Assembly (NCBI GenBank): GCA_026026165.1
Contig: JAPEUD010000039.1
Location: 186,001 to 222,532 of the forward strand
Length of the DNA: 36,532 bases
Reading direction: 5' to 3'
Source: Sarea resinae
Lineage: Eukaryota
Shown here one piece after another: positions 1 through 12,290 of this stretch (its first letter is position 1; every line of letters begins with the position of its first letter). Position numbers and translations under genes: made by a program. The notes under the pieces are model-generated. The model saw only the letters and a program-made list of their open reading frames with translations. It was not told the origin of the DNA and did no database searches.

Positions 1-3000
1 TTTCGCTCTTGGACACTGAATCATCCTTGTTGCCAGACTTGCTGCTCTTGACGGCCTTCTTCGGCGCTTTGGCTGACTTGAGTTGTTCCAATTTCCACTG
101 CTCCCAAGTTTTGATCCTAGAAGTCCATTGCGGACTAGTGGATTTATATCGGTCCTCGGCTTCTTTTAACTGGTTGAACACGGCCAGGCATATGCTTTCG
201 CATCCCAAGCGGTCATAATTGAAGAGGATTGCCGGCAGAGCATCCTGTTCTTGGAGTCGAGCCAACAATGGTAGCGTGGTTGCGCAAAGGTCCGCTGTAT
301 CGACGTTTTTAAATTCGATATTATCATCTCCAGACTCTTTGCCATTCATGTTGCCTGCCTGCGGGTCGGCAACTTGGGTCTCGGGGGCGGAGCGGTCATT
401 CAAGGTCTGTCCGAGCTCCTCCATGACTTTGTCAAATGGAGACGAATCGTCCCTCATCCAAAGGTGAACTACCTCCATAAGACCCTTTTGCCATTTGAAG
501 ATGTCTGCTCGTTTGGGGATTGTAGGGAGGATCTGTACAGGATCCAACGCATCGTCAAGCGGAAAATCCTCGGTTTGATGCTTCCTTAGAGCTTGCCAAA
601 GAGTGAAACAATCTCTTGCTTCGAGGGTAAGGTCGTCCGGTATGCCCCTAGACTTGTGTGTGAGACTCGTCACTGGATGCACAAACGCAAAGCTCGAAGA
701 CCCATCGAGTCCAAGTTGAGCGAAGCCTGATTTGGGAGGCAGACCCTTGAAAGCAAACTTCTTAGGTGGCACGTAGACAAATTTGCGAAGATCAGAGTAT
801 CGCTGACCGTACTTGACCATGGAGAGTTGAGTGCCCAATGACTCCTGAGACGAATTCAACCAGGAGCTGAATTCTTCGGGATTTCCCACGGTAGCTGACA
901 ATGCAATGATGGGGCACGGAGCAAGGAGCAACAACTGCTCCCAGACAACGCCATCATCTGCTTGACCGATCGAGTGTATCTCATCGAAGATGATTCGCTT
1001 CACTCGGGTGGACCACGACTTGGCATTCGAGGGCGCTAGGAGCATGATTTGCAAAATGTGAGGAACGGTGACGAGAATCTGGCAGGAGGAGGGATTGTTG
1101 ATGCGGTAATCTCGGGTGTGGATGGCCCAGACCGATTTGCCGCCGTGCTTGTAGCTTTTGGAGAATCGACCTTCAATTTCGGCGGCGATCTGATTGACCA
1201 ATGCTTTCGTAGGTGCAACATATACCAAGACGCTATCATTGTCGGCCCGAAGAATTTTCTCCATGGCATAGAAGGATATGAAAGTCTTACCAGCGCTGGT
1301 AGGTGCAACGACAAACACACTACGATTCGCATCGATCTCGTCTAAGACCTTTCGTTGCCAGCCGTCCGGCTGAAAGGGGACTCGTGAATCAGGCGCGGAG
1401 TCCACGCTGCGGTCAAAATACGGTCCACAGTGAAGAAGTTGGAATTCGCTTGGTGGCAGAGAAGTCGAGAGTAGCTCAGACTGGCTGGACAATTGGAAGT
1501 TGAATGAAAGGGGACGGTCATCCAATGGTGCATTCGATACGGAAAATGGTATCCTGAGAGCTCTAGAGACCGTCTCAAGAGTCTGAACGATAGCCTTTGT
1601 CAGACCCTTTTCGGAATTTGCGAGATTTTGAACGGAGTCCCAGATCAGAGCAGCAAGGCCATAGCTGCTTTGCTTTTTGCCAGCAATGCATACGCGTGTC
1701 CAAAGTTGGAGAAGGACCTGTACCAGATAGAGCCGAATTTCTGTACCCAAGATTTCTTGCTTAGCTCGTGGAAGGCTCGCGAGATAGCTCCGAGTAGCTT
1801 GATACCGCCTCTCAAGGTTACCATCTCCATCCAAGAGCTCCCTCTTCGATTGCCACGCGGCAAAGAGTTTCTCAATCTCTTTGCCCTTTTTTGCAGCTTG
1901 CTCCACTTCAATGGTGCGCCTCGTAGAGGACGTCTTTGATTTGGTATCCTTCTTCTTGCTCTGATGTTGCTTGGTTTCCGCTACAGCCGGGCTTTCTGGT
2001 TTCCCCTTTGTATCCGAAACCATCATCACGGTAGGCTCCAAGATATTGCCGGTTGAATTGGTCAGACTGGCGGCGTAAGCCTTCATTTCCGCCATGAAGT
2101 TCTGGTTTCTTCGGAGAAGACGTTTCTTCGCCCATTCTGTCTGTGCAGCGTTCATGGCTGGACGCTTCTTGGGGTCCAAGAGCCGTTTCGCATTGTGCCA
2201 ATGGGTAAGCTCCTGAAAGATGCGATTGGGACGTCCCAGATTGTCGTCAACCACACCGAGCGAGATGTTGATGGAGGCCAGGTGATGATCGAAGACTGGG
2301 TTGGAGAAGGTCAACATCGGCTGAATATGTCGAGCGGGGCTTGAAGTGGTCTTAGATTGAGGTTGCTTTTGGACGTTGCCGTTCAAATCGGAAGACTTTT
2401 CAACATAGTGATCAGATCCCAGAACGCAATCCAGTAACACGTTGTACTTTTCTCTCAGAGGCGGAGGTAGACGACCTATGAAACCCTCTTCGGACGCGCA
2501 ACTCAAGAGGTAGAAAGTCTTGCCATCGACAAGGTCAATGATGTCGCACTTGACAGAAAGAGTGCTCATGGTGTCCTTCCACTCGCTTCTCTGAAGAATC
2601 TTAGTCGCCCTCTCCGCAAACTCCAATAGAAAATTGCCTTCCGTACTCCTTGAATCTGCGGATGACGGTCCAACTGCTTCGAACCTTCGATTAGAAAGAG
2701 ACAATTCGTCTATCAAGAGAGTATGGAGGAGAAATGCGTTTGCTAAAGGGACCTTTGCTTCATCGTCTCGTAGCATTTGCGTGAGCGTGATAATGGTCAG
2801 AAGCGTCTTCTCCGTGAAAGGGTATCGGCTCTGCTCCTTCAAAGCAAGTAGACGATCCAGCTGCTGCCCTAGATCGACAGATTGTATTCCACGATTGTCA
2901 TCACTGGATCGACCGTTCTGTGACTCTTCGATGCTGGCGAGCTCTTTCTTCATGGAATTGAATTGCGGATCCCAGTCTTCGAGCGACTGCTTGCTCCGTC

Positions 3001-3829
3001 TGGTTCCTTCCAGGATTACGGCAAATATCTACAACTGTCATTAATCACTGATGACGATGAGTTGAAGGTGACCTACCTTGGTATCTCTCCATTCGAGACC
3101 GTTTATGAGAGCCACGTTCAATCCCTGCTTCATCGCGTCCTGGACCATCACACGGAAGATTGACTTTTGGAGGTCTCCCGCGGACTGGCTGTCAGGGTCC
3201 TCCGGCCCAGAATTGTTGGTCGACAGATCCGTAGAGGATGAGGCCCCGTCATGACACATCATGAAATACGGCGCGGATGTCCGCAGGTACTTGCCGAACG
3301 AAGGGTCTTGCAGGGAATGGAAGAGGAGAATTTTGATATCTGAATGTGAGCTGGGCAGGTTTGTTCGTAGATGCCGTATTATGACCTCGCGGGCGAGCAA
3401 GTACTTGGTTGTATTCTCCGCGGTCGCGTCCGAGGGGACGCAGAGAGGACCGTGGGAGTCGAGGAAGACGATGTGGAAGTTGCATTTTCGTTGGATGAGA
3501 CCACCGAGGAACTGCTCCACGGCGTAGACGGCATGAAGTAATTGGAAACCATCTGCTCTGGAGTCAGTGATTGTTTGGAATGGACATGGCAAGACTAACC
3601 TTGGAAATCAATCTTGGGATCGCTGAAACACTCTAGCAGAAGAGAGTCGCCCTCAAGGAAGAAGAGTTCTCTGCCGGCATAGTCTCCTACCAGATCCACC
3701 CGTCGCGAATCCAAGAGGCCGTACCTGTCCCGGTGTCAGAGAAGTTGCATCCATCAAACGACAGAAACGACAGAGGCTTGGCTTGGCCACTTACCACTTG
3801 AGCAGAGTGGACTGTGCTCCAACATCCAT
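1..3829 (-). CDS. DDX60-like (Ski2-like) DExH-box RNA helicase, 5' part; the gene continues past the left edge of the window
   Basis: ATG at 3829 with three short GT-AG introns (about 3794-3725, 3599-3555, 3077-3029). The N-terminus reads RVDLVGDYAGRELFFLEGDSLL and DGFQLLHAVYAVEQFL. A long exon follows with motif I VVAPTSAGKTF (about 1290), Ia YVAPTKALVNQIAAEI, II IIFDEIHSIG (about 980) and III ALSATVGNP (about 890). It is absent from the ORF track, consistent with it running off the window edge. Confidence 0.92.
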
Positions 3830-3943
3830 CTTTGCGTCTATCTGCTCCAGCGCTGAGCGGTGAAGCGGTTGTGTGATTGGAGATCTCTAGAAGGTTGAAC
3901 GAGCGAGGAGGAAGTTAGGACGAGATTGAATGGCCGTCGCAGT

Positions 3944-3967
3944 GTTGGCGAGTTGGCGAGTTGGCGA
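3944..3967. repeat. Short tandem repeat (GTTGGCGA)x3 just upstream of the helicase start
   Basis: Read directly: gttggcga gttggcga gttggcga. Confidence 0.9.
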
Positions 3968-4579
3968 GATGGTGACAAACAGACGGAGAGAGTGTGAATC
4001 GGAAGCAGGCATATCGTGGTCGAGTGAATCTAGGTGGTGATGGCCATGGGGGATTGCTGTCCAAGTCAAGTTTGGTGGTGCAAGGCAGAGCAAGGAATGA
4101 GGATGAAATCTCTACCTCGACTGGCATTCATTCACATTCAATGCACACAGTCGCTAACAGTGGGCATCACGGGATACTGTAGCCCTACGATATTTCAACT
4201 AGCGGCAGCGGAGTAGTCTATGGAATTGTCCTCGATGCAAGCATTTGCTCTTTCGAGTCCGCAGAAAGCTTGACATGGCGGTAAGAGGGGTACAGGTACA
4301 TGAGGCTGGCCATATCCATAGAGCACCTATCTTGTGGACTTGTGGACGCGGGTCAGAGATATCAAGATCCCTGCATAGAGGGACGGCCGCCTTGCAGAAT
4401 GAGCCGAGAGTGAGGGGAATCGCCCCCAATTGATCCATATTGGACGACTTTGATTAGGAATTACAACGCGATATGAGGTGGAGTGAGGCCAGTGAGGCCA
4501 GTGAAGTCAGCCTCAGGGTCATCGCGTCGCGACGTGTCGATAACGATAAAACTCACGAGCTGATCCCCGCCGTCTCGCT

Positions 4580-4607
4580 ATTCGCCATTCGCCATTCGCC
4601 ATTCGCT
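4580..4607. repeat. Short tandem repeat (ATTCGCC)x3 plus ATTCGCT, intergenic
   Basis: Read directly: attcgcc attcgcc attcgcc attcgct. Confidence 0.9.
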
Positions 4608-4771
4608 AATCCTACCTAACTGAGGAACAATGACGCAGCCCCACCCTACTCTGTAACTATCGCCAATATGCGAATGAGCATTTCATCAGAAGGAACACTT
4701 CTATATAACTTTGAAAGGACTCGAGCTTCTCTCGCTATCGATATATCTACCAAAACTTCGGTCGCTGCGCA

Positions 4772-5797
4772 CTAACCGATGCGCTTTTTGAACATCAAGA
4801 GCGTCGTACTAGCCCCATTCACAAACGACTCGTTGCCCTCAAGTGCCTCCCTCAACGCACTGATAGTCTGACTGACGCAATCCTGCGGCGTGCCAACAAG
4901 CTCGGGATGAGCATCTCTCCACCGAGTGACCATACTGGCGGTCGCGAGACCCTTTTCCAAGTTCTCGAGAGTTGTCGCTTGATTCCCACCCAGGAACTCT
5001 CCGTTCCCGTCCACGCTCCCGTCGCGGTTCCATTCGACTCGCTCGAAGAGGGCCGGAGGGAAGGCGGGCACCGTAGGTGATGTCTGCCATGGGAGCGGGA
5101 GATTGTCATACATGTCCCGGGAGACTCGATTCCCGGGTAGTTCATGGGGATCGAGGATTTCTCGCTCAAGATGGAACAAGATCTTCTGGACCTCACTTGC
5201 ATTGTGAGTGGATGGATCTGTAGATGCACGTTAGATGATCCTCTGTGCGCCATCAACATCGCCAATCCTACGGCAGTAGAGAGAAGACATCGTCCATAGT
5301 CCGACTGTTCCATTTGGTTTTAGTAAAGACGCGGCTGTCTCCCAGAAGCGACCCATGTCAAACCAATGCGCCTATAGTTTCGTCAACGAGGTGGCTATCA
5401 GATCACCATCTCGTGAACCTACGGCCATGGCAGATATGATCATGTCAAAATCCTTTGTCTCCGAGTCTACGGCCCCCTTGCAATCCTCTGCTCCGGAAAC
5501 CTCGAATCGAACATCGCTCTCCTTTGATTTTCCTCCAATCTTTCGGGCCACATTGACCATTTCAGGGCTTGGATCAACGCCTACCGTCTTGTCAAAATGG
5601 ACAGCTAAATCTCGCGTGGCCGCACCATGACCACAACCAACGTCGAGGAGCGACCCGAACTGTCCTCCAGATTTTGCGTGGAAATCTAACAATGTGTTGT
5701 AGAGCGGGACGGGGTAGGAAGAGCGCTCTTCTGCATAAGTAGACGCCTGGTGGGCATCGTAATGGAGAAAAGTGGGATCTTTGGAGCGTCCAGCCAT
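4772..5797 (-). CDS. Class I SAM-dependent methyltransferase (trans-aconitate methyltransferase Tmt1/Crg1-like)
   Basis: ATG at 5797 (MAGRSKDPTF). SAM motif LLDVGCGHG, then VGVDPSPEM and spliced SAMA|AHWFD...LLKPNGTVGLW. Two GT-AG introns; last exon ELPGNRVSRDMYDNLPLPW...TASMVTRWR ends at 4772. Confidence 0.9.
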
Positions 5798-6113
5798 TGG
5801 TAGGTATGGGACTTCACTATTCTCTTTCAAACCGAATGGAACTTCTGTAGCAGTGGAGGTGCGTGCATCGTTCGTGGAGCGGACGTTTTCTTTACATAAG
5901 ACTCAAGGCATGTGCGGATCGCTAAACTCTTTCTCAGACTGATCTTGCTATTGACTCATGTCTAAAGTCTCCACTGCGTCGCCGCGACTTCGCCAATTTT
6001 GAAAACGACAGTGCTAAAGAACGGGCCGAACATACACTAAATTCTGACGCAATTTCTACCTATTAGGAAGACTTTTAAGGGTCCCGACGGGAAAACGTCA
6101 TGGCGCGAAGGCA

Positions 6114-7809
6114 ATGGAGACGACCTCCTCAAATAATGATCCAAGGTCGGTTTCGATGATGGTGGATGGTCATTTGAAGAGCAATCTTTCGTCGAGACTT
6201 CATACACGTCGCCCGGAACCATTGGATATCGTGATGGATCCCACTGGGGGAGACTTAGCGGATGCCTCGCCCTCGCGCGAGCCGATTCAGAACGGCCATT
6301 CAAATCGCGCGCTTGACGTGCCTGAAGCAGACATCCATCATCGAGGCCGGGCTTGCGAACAAGATGATAAGGGCGTCGCAATCCGCGAAGAGCGAGGGTT
6401 CAGGAGAGCCATCAAGAACTTTACTCCCTCGTAAGTTTGGCTCTTTAGACTGTGTCACTTTCGAGCAACGCTTCTCGTCCTTTTGGCTCTTCGAGTACCT
6501 TGCTCTATTCTTCTCGATTTGCTTTGTTTCCTCCTTTCAATACTAAATATCTCAAGCTGGTTCGCTGTGACGATGGGAACTGGCATAGTCTCAATTCTTC
6601 TCCACAATCTGCCATTCAACGGCATATGGCTGTACTGGCTTTCCATCCTTATTTTTGCTCTGAATGTGCTTCTCTTCAACCTTTTCGTCGTTATCACCGT
6701 CTTGCGCTATGCACTATATCCCGAGATATGGCCTCTTATGATCCGCCATCCGGCACAGTCGCTATTTCTTGGAACGATTCCAATGGGCCTAGCAACTATT
6801 GTCAATATGATTGTTTTCGTGTGTGTGCCCGCTTGGGGACAGTGGACCGTATATCTCGTAAGTCTATGGATGCTTCGACGAGCAAAGTTTTCTCTCTAAG
6901 GTGACACAGGCCTGGGCTCTTTGGTGGCTTGACTCGGTCATTGCTATAGCTATTTGTTGCTATCTCCCTTTCGTAATGTGCATATATCTTTTCCCTCTCG
7001 ACGTTCGCCACTAATGCGCCTTTAAAGCATGAATTTTCACCAAGCACAGCTGTCCAGCATGACAGCTATCTGGCTTCTTCCAGTTGTCTCTACGATTGTC
7101 GCCGCCGCATCTGGTGGAATCGTTGCCAATGCCCTTCCCAATCCTCAGCATGCGCTCTGGACACTCATTATCTCCTACGTGCTCTGGGGAACAGGAGTAC
7201 CACTGGCCATGGTCATCCTGTCCTTGTACTTTCTTCGCCTAACAGTCCATCATTTGCCTCCGCGGGAGGCGATTGTGTCGGTGTTTCTGCCGCTAGGTCC
7301 TTTAGGCCAAGGCGGCTTTGCAATTATGCAATTGGGCACGGTGGCTATGAAGACCTTTCCAAATACCGGGACGCTCAGTGAACAGACTACTCACGCGGGG
7401 GAGATTCTTTATGTGGTCGGATGGTTGGTCGCGCTCATCATGTGGGGATTCGGACTGGTGTGGTTGTTCTTTGCCCTTGCAAGTATCAGCCGGGGAAGGT
7501 TCCCTTTCAATATGGGATGGTGGGGGTTCACTTTTCCACTTGGAGTTTTTACTACATCCACTACAATGCTGGGCAAGGAAATGCCTTCGAAGTTCTTCGA
7601 TGTTCTCGGGACAGTAAGTTTTTCCGTCACGAGTCCAACAGCGCTGACGTGCTTTTCAATAGATATTTTCTGTTGCTGTCGTTTTGCTCTGGATCATGGT
7701 TGCGGCAGGAACGCTTAAACGGGCTTGGACGGGTGTCTTGTTTATCGCTCCCTGCCTGCAGGAGCTTGAGGGCAGACGGGAAGAGATTCCAGAGGAGAAG
7801 GATGTGTAA
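6114..7809 (+). CDS. SSU1: TDT/SLAC1-family anion transporter, sulfite efflux pump Ssu1-like
   Basis: Spliced IKNFTPS|WFAVTMGTGIVSILLHNLP, QSLFLGTIPMGLATI, WLLPVVSTIVAAASG, VSVFLPLGPLGQGGF and FPFNMGWWGFTFPLG. Four GT-AG introns (donors near 6432, 6858, 6978, 7614). Last exon LFIAPCL...KDV with stop at 7807-7809. The family call is firm; exact orthology to SSU1 is less so. Confidence 0.88.
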
Positions 7810-7978
7810 ATAGGAGCGAACGCCCCCTTTCGCTCGCAGAGAGCATTGAAGTACCGGCTACGGCATCCTATCTGCAGCTCTCACTTCTCAAAAAAAACCG
7901 TGAACAGATATGAATCTCCGAGGTCGAAGGAAGAAATCTTGCCGATCCTATGACCTGACCCATGACTCGAGACATGGA

Positions 7979-8284
7979 CTATAGCAAACGCCCCAGTACC
8001 AATGCGCCATCTTTCGCAACGAAGCTAAACAGAACCCCACCTAAGCTCACGAAGTGGGCCGGTCCGAGATCCGCGAGCCCGAGCAGTCCACTCTTCAGCT
8101 CCGGCGAGCCCAGGTCGATTATCACACTCGTACCCGAACTCGATTGTGCGTACAGCTCCACCATCCAGTTGTTGAACAGCAGTCTAGGGTGTACGCTGGC
8201 TGTTGCGTAGCGTGGGAACAGAGGCTGTCGCGGGTCGAGCGCCATGTCGATCAACTTCTTGCATGAGTTGGTGAAGTCGGACAT
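7979..8284 (-). CDS. Possible small hypothetical protein (about 101 aa)
   Basis: Open frame from ATG 8284 (MSDFTNSCKKLIDMALDPRQPLFPRYA...) to stop 7979, inside the 148-aa track ORF. Composition is protein-like but no family is recognised. Confidence 0.35.
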   Translation of the reverse strand: MSDFTNSCKKLIDMALDPRQPLFPRYATASVHPRLLFNNWMVELYAQSSSGTSVIIDLGSPELKSGLLGLADLGPAHFVSLGGVLFSFVAKDGALVLGRLL

Positions 8285-10081
8285 TGATGTTTTTGCTGTC
8301 GCGTATATCTGAGGATGTCTGGGTTCGTAGAACTGTATGAAATTTGACAATTGAGATTTGAGGATCGAACCAGACCCTTGAGGACGTATGCGTTGTAGGT
8401 CAGATCTGTTTTCTTCCTCTGGCAATTCCTTTGCTTCTTACGGCTCGCATATTCTGCTAGATTGAATAGACACTTTGACTGTCAGCACACTGACTGTGCT
8501 AATACATTCAGTTCGATATTCACAATCACTGGTGAAGCAAACGGTGATGACAATAGAGCAGGCTCTATTTCACTTTTGATCTTCCTCCGCGCGCTCAACG
8601 TACAAATGTACTATACTACAATACAGAGTGTATATAATTATGATTGACATAACACTTCAACCTGTTTATTAGCTACAGCTAGCTGGGAGGTCAGAGACGG
8701 ATCCAGCTTCTGGCAATACCTAGTCTGTCTACTACTAATTATAGAGCACATAGACATGCTACAGTTTGCAATCACAGAAAGTCCGCGAACACTGCATACA
8801 AGCCACTGCAGCTAATCTCTTTTATATCAGCGTCTTTGTGACTGCACGCAAGGTAACTCCGGTGCCTTGACGATAGTAGCAGCGTACCTAATGCGCAAGG
8901 CTAGCAAGAGCATAGGTAGGAAGGCAAGAAAAGATGACCGCTCTGGGGCTCCTGCGTCTACCTCGATTGGTATTCGCATTCAAATCTACCATGGATTTAC
9001 TCTCTCTCTCTGGCGATTGCTCTATCCACAAACATACAGCCGGGTTTAGCAAACTCCTCTCCCCTCACCCCATCACCCACTATACTCTACTTCGTCCCGC
9101 CCCAGCTATCTTTACAGCACGCATCGTTGCCGCCAAGATTGCCTTTGTGTGTGTCATTCGGACAAGTGGTAATGAAGGGTCTCCGTGCGTGGTTCGGGAA
9201 TCGCAGAGTCACGTTGGCATGACAAGACCGAGTTGTGCTTTTGTTCTTTGAATACCGGCGTTGTTGATATCCTTTCTTCCCTTTACCGGGCCGCGAGCAT
9301 CTTTTATAATCTTTGATAAGCTCTCAACCGCGACCACCACCACCACAACCAACTGTGGCCGGCTGAAGGTTACTGGGCGTCCTGCTTCAGCAATTTCGAT
9401 CACATCCAATCGTGATATCCATGACATCTCTGTTCCCCGCACAGCACCCTCTGCCTGTTGCATTCGGACCCCCACCCTGCCTCGACTATCCAAATATCCA
9501 TCTCTTTCTCTATCCCAGTGCGGCATGCCATCGTCGCCCCTGGCCTTCGTTGCACATTGAATTCGACTACCGATTCATCTCCTGCCTGATCCAGACCCTC
9601 TGCCCGGCTGAAGGACTATCTGAGTCTCTGTCTTTTATCTTGAACATTGACTGCGCGCCGACGGGGCCTAGTCTCGAGACCACAAAGGCTGTGGTGGTGG
9701 TATTCATCGCGTCTTCGAAGATTCGTCTGTTATACGCGAGCTTGATAAGCTAGATCTTCGTTCATATCGTACGCGTATACCCGCTTATACGAGCGCGCCA
9801 ATGGCATGGATCATCGATGGATATAACGTTCCGTGGCTGACGAATACCCATGTTGTTTTGCTAGTTCTTTGGGACTATGGGGATATTGACTTTGGCCAGA
9901 CATTTGATCGTGGACGGCCTTATCTCGCATATACCAGTGACCGGAAGGAAAAGAGAGCATCCGCCAAGCATGGTGGAGCAGAGTCTTCCCGCTCGCCGCC
10001 GACAAAGAGCAAGGGAGCCTGAGAAAGACAGGAAAGAAGCAGACTTGCAGACTGACCGACTCGCTCATCACCGCCAGGGCA

Positions 10082-11425
10082 ATGGATTTCTTTACTTCTC
10101 CAGAGCTGAACAGCTCCCATGATACACGCATGGAGGACGGACGATGGACAGAGCGGGCGTTTGACCCCGAGAGGCCCAAGTATGAGAACCTCGCAGCCCA
10201 GCAATCGACAGAGAACCTGCTAAAAGCAATCGAGAACAACCGCCGTGTCAGTGGGGAAGGAGATGAGACGGCCACATCATCATCATCACGGCCGTCGCCG
10301 AGCAAGAAACAACGCCCCGTGCCTTTACTCCTCTTATCGACCTTGTCTCTGGCGCTGAATGCTGTCTTGCTCGTTTCGTGTATCGTGCTCTTTGCTCGCG
10401 GACAGGAAACGTCGCCTCTGCCGCCATGGCCCACGGATGTCTATTGTCAGTCAAGTTTTGCTTAAAGACCCTATCGCTGGAGTGAATGAGTGCATATATA
10501 ATCTAATACAAGAAGACAGCACCGGCGCACGTGGCCGTCGAATACGAAACCATGGTCTTCAGCAGCGGCTTTGGGTCTGAGAGGTTAGTTTCTTTCACCA
10601 GGACGTCAAAATTCCAATCCAGACGAGATGGCTCCTGCCCTCTGCCATTGAAAGGTTCTGGGCTTCTAGGTCTGACCTCCGCTCTTCTATTACTAGGACC
10701 GACCCGAGGAAAACTGTTTACCTAGGGCCCCCGACTGACGAAGGCGACGCAGCCTGGCTAGCTCTCTATAACGGTAAACTTGCAACACCATCCCATGCCC
10801 AGCTACAGCTCCACTTACCCCCATCCCTTCTCCGCCGCGGGCTTGCCTTGGAACTAACGAACCAGACCATGGCCTCTCACAGATTTCCGCGGAAGAAGCA
10901 AGTCTTCTCCCCAACGCCACCGTCGAGGTCCCCGAGAACCCGGGCTCTTACATCATCGGTCTCGACGTCTTCCATCAGTTGCACTGCCTGAACCGACTCC
11001 GAAGGAAGCTGTACCCCGCGCGGTATAACCCCGAGGGGACTTCATCATCAGTCGATCCAGAGGAGCAATCTATACTCGACGGTACGTTTACCTCTCTCAG
11101 CCCTCATGAACGTAGCAAGGCAGCTAGCTTGTCTTGCCATGCCAGACTTGCACATCACCTTGAGGAAAAAGGATCTTTTGCATCCTCCTTGTCCTGACAC
11201 GAAACAATAGAACACTGCATCAATTCCATCCGTCAGAGCCTGATGTGTAACGCCGATCTCAGCACCATCTACTGGGCCGTTGACGGAGAAGCGCAGAACC
11301 GGTCGCTGCCTCTGCCGCGCGCAAGCACGACGCATACCTGTCGGAAGTGGGACCGGATCGTCGACTGGGCCAAGGCGCATCGAGTAGAGGCCTTTAACGG
11401 CCAGGAGGCGCCGACGATTGAATGA
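10082..11425 (+). CDS. UstYa-family / DUF3328 oxidase (membrane-anchored, HXXHC motifs)
   Basis: N-terminal TM helix (LLLLSTLSLALNAVLLVSCIVLF), spliced VY|SPAHVAVEYE, YLGPPTDEGDAAW, GLDVFHQLHCLNRLRRKLYP, HCINSIRQSLMCNADLS and THTCRKWDRIVDWAKAH. Four introns. Confidence 0.92.
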
Positions 11426-11639
11426 TTGATTTCATGTGATCGATTGGATTAGCGACGCGGGGGCACTGAGAGGCTTCTGATTTGCGTTTATTGTATCATC
11501 GTTCGCGTGGAGGGTTTAATAGGACATGTGCGTTGCTATTAGAGTGCGTTGCTACTCGATCCACCAGCCTCGCATTCATCACTCTCACCTCTTCTGAGCA
11601 CGTAAATATATATCGAGAGTGACTTTCAGACCATAGGAA

Positions 11640-12290
11640 GCATGGTCTGGAAAAATGAAAGTGGGTTGCCACAAATAGTCTAGATCTTTAGCTACAGAAA
11701 TTAAAGACCGATCATCGCATCTCTTTCCTTGTCTGTAAACAGAACTCTTTAATCTAGTAAGAAGTAAATGTGTAATCTTTGTATGTCAAGTAAGCAAGCT
11801 AGATTGGCTGTTTCAGAAGCTGTATTTTCTTATCCCTACAATATCCCATCTAGTAATGCAGAAAAATCACCAACAAATATGAAAAGGATAATGTGAGGCG
11901 CGCTGCTATGTAGTAGGCAAAGAGGCATAGCCTGGACGAGCCGGGTTATAGTACCTTTTAGATAGCTTACTTAGGAACAGGTTTGCCTATTTACTAGTCC
12001 TTACAGATAAGAACAATGATAGTAATATCAACACTTAGACCCGCACTTATAACTCACTTAGAAGCTTGCTCAAAATCCGAAAGAATTACAGGGGATGTTC
12101 TGTAAAGCGTAGATAGTAACAAAGTCGTCTGATTGAAATTTTATCACTTGATATGTTTAGTGTAGAGAGATAAGCTACATAGTTACAGAGGGAAAGGAGA
12201 TCTTGTCAATCAGAAGTCATTACCGCAGAAAGAAAGGTTTTCTTTTTTACTTATTCGAATCTTTAAAAAAATTTATATAAAATCTAATTG
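11640..12290. other. AT-rich, TpA-enriched intergenic island, probable partly RIP-mutated relic
   Basis: Visibly richer in TAG/TAA/CTA than the flanks and no ORF in the track. Boundaries are approximate. Confidence 0.45.

Noticed and set aside
9..3527. Many short plus-strand and alternative-frame ORFs in the track
   Set aside because: They overlap the long minus-strand helicase exons and are shadow ORFs.
8860..10080. Short ORFs upstream of DUF3328 as RiPP precursors (e.g. 9801-10022, 9877-10122)
   Set aside because: No signal peptide and no repeated cores flanked by KR sites.
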